DNA of 64,000 nucleotides from Narcine bancroftii (Eukaryota): NCBI RefSeq assembly GCF_036971445.1, contig NC_091473.1, positions 206,646,001 through 206,710,000 of the forward strand. Reading direction: 5' to 3'. Numbering within the stretch: position 1 is the stretch's first letter; the number at the start of each line of letters is the position of its first letter. The position numbers and the translations under genes were made by a program. Shown piece after piece: positions 25,025 to 37,440 of the stretch. Under the pieces are notes generated by a model that was not told where the DNA came from, did no database searches, and saw nothing but the letters and a program-made list of their open reading frames with translations.

Positions 25025-27620
25025 TGATATGACATAGACAAGGACGAGTCAAGTATCATTCTAATACAGAGCTTTAATTAACATACTAAAAAGCCACCAC
25101 TACTGGGCAGTGGGATAAGCATCTCCACCTGTTATACCAGTAGGGTGGAGTATCTCTACAGCCATAAACAATAGCAAGCAGTCAGTGTAATACGTTCCAC
25201 CCCATTACATCATCACATTCACCCCCTCTAAAATTGACTAATTTTAAGAAATGCAATAATGGCAAAAGGTCAAAGCAAAATAACATGGGTCACAAACAGA
25301 ATAAATGAGAATAATAAGTAAAAGAGAACAATCGGCGAGCCTGAATAAACACGCTTGAGCTGTGCTCACAGAAATCATAACTAAGATTATAAATAGTCAT
25401 AACTAAGTCTTTGTGGTGGCCTTGCGATACGTGCAAATCTACGTAAGGGCACATATGTTGGAGATATATCTCTTACTGAAGGAATTTGTGAAGGCAGGTG
25501 TTGGCTGAAGGACTTCGGTCGGCAGATTCACATGAAGTGGGAATTGTTGCTCGAACGGTTCTCGAGATGGGGAGGGGAAGAAAGGAGACAGGTCAGTGGA
25601 AGGGCTAGCAGGCTGCAGACCAGTCGACGTTAGATCTCTAAGGGAAACAGTGTCCTTTCTACCATCAGGAATAATAACATGAGCATATTGTGGAGTAGCA
25701 TGGAGTAGTTAATCACGCTCCACGAGCGGGTCAGCTTTGCTTGGTCTAATATGTTTCCTTATAAAAACTTCTCCGGGTTTAAATAGTCAAAATCCATCCA
25801 GATTTTGCTTTTCTCAGGAAAAGAAAAAGACGTTGGTGAGGAGTTTCATTGGTAGCTGTACAATGCAAAATACGGATTGATTTCAAAGTTTCCGACAGCA
25901 CATCTTGCCAGAGGCTGGTGGGGAGATCTTTTGATTTTAGCTCTCGAGTGATAGCTCTCCAGATTCTACCACTACTGCGCTCCATTACCACGAGAGTTAT
26001 AGCTTGTAGTATGACTTGTAGCTATACCCCTATGAAAAAAATATTGCCGAAGTTCAGAATTCATAAAAGATGACCCTCTCTCACTATGAATGACGTTAGG
26101 ATAACTGAAATTACTGAACATCAAATGAAGACATTTAACAGCAGAACTAGCAAAAACATGAGCACATGGTACAGCGAAGGGGAAGCGAGATAACTCCTCA
26201 ATTAGGTTGAGGAAATAGATATTTTTATTGTTTGAGGGTAGAGGTCCTTTAAAATCCATGCTGATGTAATCAAATGGCCTAGACCTCTTAATCAACATGG
26301 AAGCGGAGGGATTATAACAGCGTGGTTTACCCTCCGCACAAGCAGAATACTCGTTAATCACTTGATATGTGATAGTGAATACGGTAAATTGAAGGACTTC
26401 ACATAATGATAAAATCTAGATATTTTAAATGGTCTACTTGTAGACTTGCACAGATCATGCGATAAAATGTGTTTGGTCATTGAATTTTCCTGGGCGATGG
26501 AGTATGACATAATTATATGTAGAAAATTCAATTTACCAATGCATTATCTTATCGTTTGTGATCTTGCTCCTCAGCGTGGTGTTGAACATGTAGGAGACAG
26601 ACTTTTGATCATTCATCAAGGTGAATTTCCTTCCAGTTGAAATGTGTCTCCAGTAGCGAATGTACTCTGCGATAGCTTGTGCATCCTTTTCAATAGAGGA
26701 AAGTCTTAACTCTGGCCCGTGTAATGTCCGAAAGAAAAAGGCCACTGGTCTATCAGCTTGCAGATAAGGCCCAATCAGACGCATCAGATTCTGCTTGAAA
26801 TGCTAAATCCTCATCAATAGCTGACATGGTCGCTTTTTTAGTTATCCTTTTTTTATGCTTTCAAAAGCACAGAGGGCTTCGTCAGACAAGTGAAAACTAG
26901 CAGTTTTAAAAAGTGACCATGCTTTGTCTGCGTAGTTGGGCACCAAGTGAGCATAATAGGAGTAAAAATCCAGGCAGCGCTTGAGAGACATGATTGGTCT
27001 AATTCTCTCTGGGTCTGGACTGATGTCTCCTTGACTCATTTCATATCTTAATATGTCCAGCGATTTTGTGCGGTCGACACACTTGACCTCGTTAAGGGTC
27101 AAGTTCAGATGCTTTTCCACCTTGAGGAATTTTTGTAAGTTCTGATCGTGATCATTTAAGTCTTTGCCACATACAGTGACATTGTCCAGATAAGTGTAGG
27201 TGGCTTGTAATTTATGAGTATCTACCAGTTTATCCATCTCTCTTTGAAAACGGATAACCCGTTGGTAACTCCAAAAAGGATTCTTTTAAACAGGAAAAGT
27301 TTGTCATCTGCCTCAAAAGTGGTATACTGCCTTTCATCTTTGTGATGAAGCACTTGATGATTAGCTGATTTCAGATCAATTGTGGAATATATTTTTTATT
27401 GTGCAATCTGGTTTAGCATGTCTGATATACGAGGCAGAGTATAAGCATCTAATTGCGTAAATCTGTTTATAGTTTGGCTACAGTCCATGACCATTGTTGG
27501 TTTCGGGCCATTTATGACAACTACCACTTGTGTGAGTCATGGGCTTGTACTGGGTTTGATTATTTTTCCTTCAATAAACCCTTAACCTCGTACTAATAAA
27601 GAGTCTCACCTCTTTGCAAT
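25025..27620 (-). mobile_element. Ty3/Gypsy LTR retrotransposon 3' part (RT-RNaseH-IN, PPT, short 3' LTR ~25025-25217), decayed
   Basis: ORFs 26842-27237 (YLDNV), 26533-26784 (RNase H), 25972-26361 (SMDFKGPLP..IHSERGSSF) and 25779-25991. PPT GAGGGGGTGAA adjoins an LTR bounded by TG..CA. Confidence 0.88.
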
Positions 27621-27748
27621 AGCGCATACTCAGTTTAATCCATTGATTGAAGAGAATGCTAATTTATTTTGGTTACAAGTAAATGGCTGACGCTTTTAAA
27701 AATCGTATTCAGATTTATTGTTAGAGTACATACAAAGCTTATGCCTTT

Positions 27749-29523
27749 GCAATTGAAAAACTGAAAAGTGGCAAAGCAGCAGGTATGCATGGAATCCCTC
27801 CCCCCCCACCCCCCCAGAGGTCTGGAAGGCTGGCGGAAAAACTCTGCATAACAAACTGCATGAGTTTTTCATGCTCTGCTGGGACCAAGGAAAGCTGCCT
27901 CAGGACCTTCGTGATGCCATCATCAACACCCTGTACAAAAACAAAGGCGAGAAATCAGACTGCTCAAACTACAGGGGAATCACGCTGCTCTCTATTGCAG
28001 GCAGAATCTTCGCTACGATTCTCCTCAATAGACTAATAACTAGTGTCTCCGAAAATGTCCTCCCAGAATCACAGTGTGGCTTTCGCGCAAACAGAGGAAC
28101 TACTGACATGGTCTTTGCCCTCAGACAGCTCCAAGAAAAGTGCAGAGAACAAAACAAAGGACTCTACATCACCTTTGTTGACCTCACCAAAGCCTTTGAC
28201 ACCGTGAGCAGGAAAGGGCTTTGGCAAATACTAGAGCACCTCGGATGACCCCCAAGTTCCTCAACATGGTTACCCAACTGCACGAAAACCAACAAGGTCG
28301 AGTCAGATACAGCAATGAGCTCTCCGAACCCTTCTCCATTGACAACGGCGTGAAGCAAGGCTGCGTCCTCGCACCAACCCTCTTTACTATATTCTTCAGC
28401 ATGATGCTGAAACAAGCCATGAAATACCTCAAAAATGAAGACGTGTTTACATCCAGTACTGCACGGATGGCAGTCTCTTCAATTTGAGGCGCATGAAAAC
28501 TCACACCAAGACACAAGAGCAACTTGTCCGTGAACTACTCTTTGCAGACGATGTCACTTTAGTTGCACATTCAGAGCCAGCTCTCCAGCGCATGACATCC
28601 TGTTTTGCAGAAATGTTTGGCCTGGATGTCAGCCTCAAGAAAACTGAGGTCCTCCATCAGCCAGCTCCCCACTATGATCACCAGCTGCCCCCCCCCCTCC
28701 ACATCTCCATCGGGCACACAGAACTCAAAACGGTCAACCAGTTTACCTACCTCGGCTGCACCATTTCATCTGATGCAAGGATCGACAATGAGATGGACAA
28801 CAGAATCGCCAAGGCAAATAGCGCCTTTGGAAGACTACACAAAAGAGTCTGGAAAAACAACCACCTGACGAAACACACAAAGATCAGCGTGTACAGAGCC
28901 GTTGTTATACACACACTCCCGTTCGGCTCCGAATCATGGGTCCTCTACCGGCATCACCTACGGCTCCTAGAACGCTTCCATCAGCGCTGTCCCCGCTCAA
29001 TCCTCAACATTAATTGGAGTGAATTCATCACCAACATCGAAGTACTCGAGCTGGCAGAGTCCACAAGCATGCTGCTGAAGACCCAACTGTGCTGGGTGGG
29101 TCACGTCTCCAGAATGGAGGACCACCACCTTCCCAAGATCATGTTTTATGGCGAGCTCTCCACTAGCCACCGAGACAGAGGTGCACCAAAGAAGAGGTAC
29201 AATGACTGCTTAAAGAAATCTCTTGGTGCCTGCCACATTGACCACCACCAGTGGGCTGATATTGCCTCGAACCGTGCATCTTGTCGCCTCACAGTTCGGC
29301 GAGCAGCAACCTCGTTTGAAGAAGACAGCAGAGCCCACCTCATTGACAAAAGACAAAGGAGGAAAAGCCCAACACCCAACCCCAACCAACCAATTTTCCC
29401 TTGCAACCGCTGCAACCATGCCTGCCTGTCCCTCATCGGACTTGTCAGTCACCAACGAGCCTGCAGCAGACGTGGACATACCCCTCCATAAATTTTCATC
29501 CACGAAGCCAAGCCAAAGAAAGA
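27749..29523 (+). mobile_element. RTE (BovB-like) LINE, ~1.8 kb 3' part
   Basis: ORFs 27871-28248 (NYRGITLL, FVDLTKAFD), 28221-28487 (GVKQGCVLAP) and 28484-29491 (LLFADD..C-terminal ZnF); (AAAG)n tail. Confidence 0.95.
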
Positions 29524-30428
29524 ACATACAAACCAATACACACAACCCTGAGAATTATTTTTCCTTTGGACTTGGCAGAGTTCCACTAATTGGTAGTGAG
29601 TGTATTATCTGTACACGCCATAAGATATTTAAATAAAACAAAGACTGTCGGCAATCTGAATGAGAACTACATAGAGAACAAAAAGAAAATGAATCAAGAG
29701 ACCATAAATGAGTCTTTGATTATGTTTGTTGTTGAGGATTCCAATGGTAGAGGTGGAGCAGCTGCCCATGCGAGTCTTGTTGGACATTTTTCTCTTTCTT
29801 TATGAAGTTACAGAGTTCTGTGTTATGTATTGGACTGTTTGGTTTTATATTAAAAAGTGACAATTTGCCTTAAAGAGCCAAGGTGAATGTGGACAACTAA
29901 AAGAGTGGGAGACGGACTGATCATGTGCAGAAAATAACCTCAAGATTTCTGGATTTGGACGATAAACCACCACTGGGGGTGCAATGGAGTGGGAGAAGGC
30001 ACAGAGCATGAGTCATAGTCTGGAGGACAGTTTAGAATGTTGGAATTTCAAAAAGAATGAAAATTCTGGAGGCAGCTTGAAGGATACGGTCCAAGCCAAT
30101 TGTTCCTTCCTCTGCAAGCAAGACGAGAAGACAACTTCGAATCTTGTGCTCTATCAAAGATATTTTGGCTTCAGTTTACCAAACAAACTCAATTTAGTTT
30201 GTGATCTTTGCTTCAATGGAGATCGAAGTTTTCTGAGTTTTATGTGTTTCAGCTGATTGGAAATATAACTTAGACTTTAATTACATGTGTTATATTTAGG
30301 CTATGGAATTTATTAGTTTTGCACTTAGAAATTTGTATAGCAACCAATGGACACTGTTATAAAAGAGGGGATTTTCAATTAAAATTTAAAGGTGATTTTG
30401 TTTGTTAATAAAGTAATTGTTCTTATTT

Positions 30429-31438
30429 CTTTGGCTTGGATTCACGTATGAAGATTTATGGAGGGGTAATGTCCACGTCAGCTGTAGGCTCGTTTGTGGC
30501 TAACAAGTCCGATGCTGGACAGGCAGACACAGCTGCAGAGGTTGCAAGGGAAAATTGGTTGGTTGGGGTTGGGTGTTGTGCAGCCCGCGCCGCATTCTTG
30601 GAGGCTGCCTACATCTGCAAGGCGGACTTCACTGTGAGTGGCTAAGTCGATGTCAATTCTGAGGAGTTCATGTGCGATGAGGGCAGACCGACTTTCAGGT
30701 CGGTGGCTGTCAGCCTTGTCTAGCAGGGCTCTGATGTTCCAGCATGCGAGCTTGAGTTTGTGAGCATCTTTTGAGGGGGAGGTCGTGGAGGGGGATGACG
30801 TGGACATGTCCTAGGGCATGTGCAAAGGAGCTTTTAGGTGGAGTGCAGTGTGTGCAGTACTGGCCCCACCCTTTACACCCATGGATCGTGTGCCATGGCC
30901 AAGCAAGCTGGGACATGGCAGTGAGATCCTTGGGTCGTAGGTTTTATATCGGAGTGGCCTTCTTCTATGTAGGTTTCTTACCCGGGCTGGAGGGACCTGC
31001 CACCCCTCCTAGATCGGACCATACCTGGTCGCAAATCACCTGTGGACATGGCCTAGGTAAGTTTAATTGGGTTCTCTAACTACCTCTGAGGTAGGTCCGG
31101 GCAGAGAGTAGGCAGTGGCGGCCCCGGCCTCAGTCCGAGCAGAAGGTAGGCGGCGGCGGTCCCGATCTGGGCAAAAGCGAGTGGGAGGCGGCGGCCCCGG
31201 CCTCATAGAGCAAAGCAGGCGGAGGCCCCGGTTCGGATAGAAAGAAGGTGGTGGCCCCAGTCCGGGCAGAAAGAAGGAGGCGGCGGCCCCGGTTCGGGCT
31301 GAAGCGAGGGGGAGGCGGTGGCCCCGGCCTCGGCAGAGTGAAGCAGGTGGAGGCCCTGATCCAGGCAGAAAGAAGGAGGCGGCGGCCCCGATCCGGGCAC
31401 AGGGAAGGCAGTGGCGGCCCCGATCCGGTCCGGGCACC
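30429..31438 (-). mobile_element. Non-autonomous internally deleted RTE derivative (~1.0 kb) with 14-bp TSD, inserted in the Gmr1 5' LTR
   Basis: TSD AATTGTTCTTATTT at 30415-28 and 31439-52. ORF 30478-30807 fuses the EN N-terminus (LKLACWNIRALLD...SEVRL..GSLQE.GAG) to the C-terminal TPNPNQPIFPCNLC..H. Confidence 0.88.
31090..31436. repeat. GC-rich minisatellite (~30-bp unit) at the 5' end of the RTE derivative
   Basis: Roughly ten degenerate copies of GGCGGCGGCCCCGRT(T/C)CGGGCAGAAAGAAGGA. Confidence 0.85.
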
Positions 31439-34400
31439 AATTGTTCTTATTTATCCCTGTGTGATATGCCTTCTTTGTGGATGTTGGTTTGATCTTGTAA
31501 CATACTTGATATGACTTCATTTGGTTGCTGGTGTGATCTTGTAACATAATTTGTGGGTATTGTCCGTTTTTCAAACCAATTTGGAAGCTTTAGAGGCGGT
31601 TGACTTGTGTTTAGTTATCAGTCGCCTGAGTTTGATTCAACCTCCAGCTTGAAATTAAAATAAACGGTGAGTGTATAAATCGCATTCAGCAAAAAACAGC
31701 AACTATGAATATTGACCAGTTCATAGCTAACCCTTGAGTGGTTAATTTACAAATGGGTAAAAAGTCAGAAATAATAAAACTTCTTACAGTAAGAACTAGT
31801 ATGAAAAAAAATGAAATTGCCCAAAAGATGTTAAGCACATTGTAGGAAAGGGAGTATTTGAGGAAATTGCATTAGAACAGTTTCCAAAGGAGAAAACTTC
31901 AGAGGAAATAAAGTTGGCTTTGAGAAAACTAGAGATAGAGGAAAAAAAGGGAGGCAGAAAGGAAAGCCAAACGGGAAGCAGTAAGGCAGGCAGAAATGAA
32001 AGAAAGCCAGCCGCAAGGGAGGAGAGAAAAAACGGAAATGAGCTAGAACTAGCTAAATTGAGGCAGACCCTAACCCAAGGAGAGGGATAAGCCCAAAACT
32101 CACGTGCGGGTCTGGAGGAGAGGTTTCTAGTCAGTTGAAAAGTAAAGTTAATTCCTCCATTTGAGGAAGCTGAAATTGGCCAGTATTTACAGTATTTTGA
32201 CAAAGTTCCTGTAAATGTGAAATGGCCACCAGACCAGGGGTCACTCCAGCTATAAAATATTCTTAAAAGGATCGTCCAACAGGTGTATTCGTGTCTCACG
32301 GTACAACAAGCAGCTTATTACGAATTTGTAAAGCACGTTATACTCCAATCTTATGAACTAGTCCCAAAGGCTTATAGACAAACGTTCAGGAGTTTAAAAA
32401 GGCAGCAACCCAATGTTACCTGGATTTTGCTTATAGGAAGGTTGTGTGTTTTGATCGGTGGTGTGCTGTAATGAAAGTAGAAAATAACTTTGATTTATTG
32501 AGGGAAATCATTCTGTTTGTGAAGATTAAAATTGTGTTCCTGACGATATCAAATGTACTTGGCAAAGTAAAATATAAAAACTTGGCTACAATTGGCTAAA
32601 TTCGCAGAACAATATGATTTAACCCACAAGTCTAAATGGACACCAGGGAAAACATTTCAAACGAATACTGCTGATAATCCAAGTAGAGTAGAAAACAAAG
32701 CTAGAAGTGAGGTTAAATGAAGAGACGAAGAGAAAAGGGTGAAGGGAAAATTTTCGAGTGGTATTGGAAGAACCCAGGGTGCATATTAGCAAATTGTTCT
32801 GTATTGAAAATGAAGAAGGTGAAAGGGGTGGTAACAACTGTCTGTGTTAAGAATGAGAAAGTTAGGGATTTTTTTTAAACCATTGATGACTGAAGGTTTC
32901 ATTTTGGTAAAATAAGGATCCAATCAAGTGCCAGTTAAAATCCTGCTGGATACTGGAGCAGCGAAATCACTTGCATTAAGAAACGTTTTGAATTTTGGTG
33001 AGGAGACCGATACTGGAGATGTGAATTTAATTAAAGGCATTGGTGGTGAAGCAGAACTTATACCTTTGCATAGAGTAGTGATGAAATTAGACTTAGTTAA
33101 TGGCCCGGTTACGATAGGGATAACATCAAGTCTTCCAGTGGATGGAGTTTCTCTTTTGTTAGATAATGACTTAGCAGAGGGTAAATTCATACCTGCAGTG
33201 TAACTCACAAGTTTGCAAATCGACCCTGCATGCGCCATTACTAGAGCAATGTCTAGAAAAAAGGCAGACGTAGAGAAAATCTGTGATGATCCTGTTGTGG
33301 AGGCAAACATTGAGGCCAAACCTAAGGATACAATTTGGCTGTTGTCAAGAGAAGAATTAATAGCTAGACAAAAGCATGATCTTGATTTTCCTGGGCTAAG
33401 AGATAAGAATCTGTCTCCTGGGAAATTGAAACTGTGCCAGTAGGTTACTTTGTTTAAGATGAAAACATGGAGACCACAAGTGATACCTGCCAGTGAAAAC
33501 TGGGTGATAATAAGGCAAGTTGTAATTCCCAAAATTTGCAGGAATGAAATATTAATGTTGGCTCATAATATACCTTAAGGAGGGCAGTTCTGTAGTGAAG
33601 GAGATGGTAGAAAAGATAAGGAAACAGTTTCATTGGCTGAAATTAAGAAAGGATGTTGTAAACTTTTGTAAAACTTTTCACACTTGTCAACTGGTGGGCA
33701 AGCCTAATAAAGGACTAATGGCATCTTTACAACCCACATCCCTGCTTTCGGGGAACCCTTCTCAAACGTGATAGTGGATTGTGCTGGCCCATTGCCAAAA
33801 ACCAAAGCAGGAAATGAATATTTGTTAGCACTCATGTGCACAGCTTCAAGGTTTCCAGAGGTTATTCCACTGAGAAACATTAAAGAAAAGACGATTGTGA
33901 AGGCTATTGTAAAACTTTTCACACTCTTTGGCCTACCAAAGGAAATTCAGTCAGATCAAGTCAGTAATTTTATGTCTGGAATATTTCAACAGGTAGTGAA
34001 TGAATTGGGAGCCAATCATATTGTGTCGTCTGCATATCATCCTGAAAGTCAAGGGGCCTTGGAAAGGCTCCATTTAACTGTGAAAAATATGATGAGGGCT
34101 TATTGCGTGGAAAGTAATAACAATTGGGATGAAGAAATCCATTTGTTATAGTTTTATGTTAGAAAAGCAACTCAGGAGTCTCTTGGCTTTAGTCCATTTG
34201 AGTTGGTGTTTGGTCATGAAGTCAGTGGTCCATTACGATTGTTGAAGGAACAGTGGATACATAATGATATGCAATCAAATCTGTTGGATTATATTTTGAA
34301 ATTTTAAAACAGATTACATCAGGCTTGCGAGATGGCAAGGAACAATTTAAAAACTGCTCAGGGAAAAATGAAAATTCGTTATGATCAAAAAGCAAAAATT

Positions 34401-36974
34401 AGGGTCATTAAACCTGGCGACAAAGTATTGCTTTTGTTTCCAATGCATACAAACCCTTTGTCAGTTCAGTTTTTAGGACCATATAAGATGAAGTAAAAAA
34501 ATAACCATGTCACCTATTTCATTGAGACGCCTGATCGAGGAAGTGAGACACAGGTTTGTCACGTGAACATGCTGAATCCATCCTTTGAGAAAATGACTGA
34601 GGAGGAGACTATGATTCCGTCCAAGGTGTTAGTTATAGAGGAACGTAAGGAGGAGATAAGTTTCGTGGACGGTCATGGAGCACATTCAGTGATATCCCCC
34701 AGGCTGAAAAATTCTGTAGTTTTGCAAAACTGCCACACCAAGTTAATACATTTGACTAAATCAGAAAGAGAAAAAAATGAAGACATTACTTATGAAATTG
34801 AAGGGTATATTCCCAGATGTTCCAAGAAGAACTAATGTGGCTTGTCATGATCTGATGCTAAGCCTTTTAAGCAGCATCATAACAGATCTTTCCTTACCGA
34901 GTTAATCAGGAATAAATCAGATTGCTGGATCAAGAGATGGATTATATGCTCAAAAATGGCATCATCTGAAAATCAAGTTCAAATTGGAGTTCACCATGTG
35001 TTATGGTGCCTACGCCAGATGGTTCAATTACGTTATGTACAGATAATCGAAAGGTAAACACGGCGACAAAGACTGATGTGTTCCCTATTCCCAGAATAGA
35101 TGATTGTATAGATAAGGTGGGAAAGGCTAAGTTTCTTGCAAAGATTGATCTCTTAAAAGGATACTGCTGTGTTCCTTTGACAGAGAGAGGCAGGGAGATT
35201 TCTGCATTTGTTACTCCTTTGGGATTGTATGTTATGCCTTTCAGGATGAAAAGTGCACCTGACACATTTCAGAGAATGATTAATGCAGTAATTCAGGGTT
35301 TAGAGCACACAGGTGCCTATATCGATGATTTAGTAATTAGTACATATACATGGGAAGAACACAAGCTTGAATTAGAGCAGTTATTTCAGAGACTGGTGAA
35401 AGCACACCTCACAGTGAATTTGCACAAGAGTGAGTATGGACATGCCATATTAATTTATCTGGGTTATCTGGTAGGACAGGGACGGGTAGCACTGTTTATA
35501 GCGAAAATATTGGCTCTCACCGCATCCCCAATCCCTGGTAATAGGAAAGCTCTTCTGAGATTTCTAGGTATGACTGGATACTACCGTAGATTTTGTAAAA
35601 ACTTTGCAGAAATTGCACTCCCATTAACAAAACTACTTGGAAAGAAAGAAAAATTTATCTGGTCAGATGCATGCCAAGAAGCATTTCTGAAGTTAAAGGT
35701 CATTTTATGCCATCAGCCTGTACTTGTGTCCCCTAACTTTGAAAAGCCATTCTCTTTTCCCGTGGACGCCAGTGATGAAGCGGTTGGTGCTCTACTGTTA
35801 CAGAACAAGGATGGTGATTGAGTAGAACACCCTATTTCATACTTGACGAAAAGGTTTAACGACAATCAACAAAATTATTCATCCATTGAGAAGGAGTTGT
35901 TAGCGCTTGTTTTAGCGTTGCAACATTTTGATGTGTAAATTTGTACTGCTCAAAATCCGTTAATAATATATACTAATCATAATCCGTTAGTTTTTTCTGT
36001 CTAAAATAAAAAATAAGAACAGACGGTTATGGAACTGGAGCTTAATGTTACAAGAGTATGATTTAATTATTACAAACATTAAGACGATGGATAATGTAAT
36101 AGCAGATTGTTTGTCAATATTTTAATCTGGGTAGATATGAATCTAATCACATATTGTAAAAATTGAGTGTTTATTTTATTTTATTTATGCAATACTTCCA
36201 TTAAATGTTCAAATATTGTTCTTGTGGACCAATTTGTTTTATAGCAGGGGAAGTGTTACAGAGTTCCGTGTTGTGTATTGGCCTATTTGGCGTGTGGTTT
36301 TATGTTAAAAAGTGACAGTTTGCCTTAGAGTGCCAAGGTGAAGGTGGACTGCTGAGAGAATGGGAGATGGACTGAGCACGTGCAGAAAATAATCCAAAAT
36401 TTTCTGGACTTGGACGATAAACCACCACTGAGGGTGCTGTGGAGTGGAAGAAGGCCCAGAGCATGAGTCATGGTCTGAAGGACAGTTTAGAATGTTGGGA
36501 TTTATAAAAGGATGAACATTCCAAAGGCAGCCAGAAGGACGGTCCAAGCCAATTGTTCTTTCTCTGCAAGCAACAAAAGAAGACAACTTCGAATTTTGTA
36601 CTTTCTCTCTCTCAAAGATCTTTTGGCTTCAGTTTACCAAACAAACTGAATTTTGTTAATGAGCTTTGCTTCAGTTGAGATCGAAGTTTTTTTTTTAGTC
36701 TTGTGTGTTTTGCATTTGTTTTGTGTTTAAATTTTTCTGAGGGCTGATTGAAATTATAACTTAGACTTTAATTACATATGTTATGTATAGGCTGGGGAAT
36801 TGATTAGTTTACACTGTTATAGAAATTTGCATAGTAACCAGTGGCCATTGTTCTAAAAGGGGGGATCTTGAATTAAAATTTGAAGGTGACTTTTTGTTAA
36901 TAAAGTAATTGTTCATCTTTACCCCTGTGTGATAAGCCTTCATTGTGGTTGCTGGTTTGATCTTGTAACAATGA

Positions 36975-37440
36975 CAGTAGGTTGAAGAGAAGGTGTACTA
37001 AATGCTGTGGATCTTTGATTATTGCTGCTGTTCTCCGACGTTAGTGCTCCCTGTAGATATGCTAAATGGTGGGAAGATTTAGCCTGTGATGTCTTGGGCT
37101 GTGTCAACCACCTTTTGGATGAATCTACCTTCAGGTATATTCGTGTTTACGTACAGTATCGTGATACAGCCAGTCAACACATTTTCTAACACATGTATGA
37201 AGGAACATATAAGGATGTTTATGCCATACGTAACTTCTGCAATATCCTGAGGATGTTGAGGCTCTGAAGTGCTTTCTTTATTATGTAAGTCGTGTGCTGT
37301 GTCCAAGAAAGATCACATGAGATAGGGACTCCCAGGATCATAAATCTGGACACATTCTTCACCTCTTATCCCCCAATGATCACTGAATATTATACAGTGG
37401 CTTTCCTTTGCTGAGATCTACAAACATCTCCTTTTTGTTG
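36975..37440 (-). mobile_element. Rex1/Babar-like LINE 3' fragment, decayed
   Basis: ORF 37079-37306 LENVLTGCITILYVN...IQKVVDTAQDITG matches the IESILTGCITVWYGN..LQRVV.TA..I.G motif of Rex1-type RT C-termini. Confidence 0.7.

Larger units (their letters stand above)
29806..36970 (+). mobile_element. Full-length decayed Gmr1-like Ty3/Gypsy element (gag-PR-IN-RT-RH), LTRs 29806-~31546 (interrupted) and 36254-36970
   Basis: Two homologous LTRs with TSD ATGA (29802-05, 36971-74). PBS relic at ~31550 resembling tRNA-Pro; PPT at 36243-53. gag YELVPKAYRQTFRSL, PR ILLDTGA (32928), IN IVDCAGPLP/IQSDQ (33768-34151), RT YIDD and RH VDAS (35003-35821). Confidence 0.92.

Noticed and set aside
31063-31574. 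Pro/Gly/Arg-rich ORFs; repeat array considered as CRISPR-like
   Set aside because: These are translations of a GC-rich minisatellite; there are no unique spacers and the context is eukaryotic.
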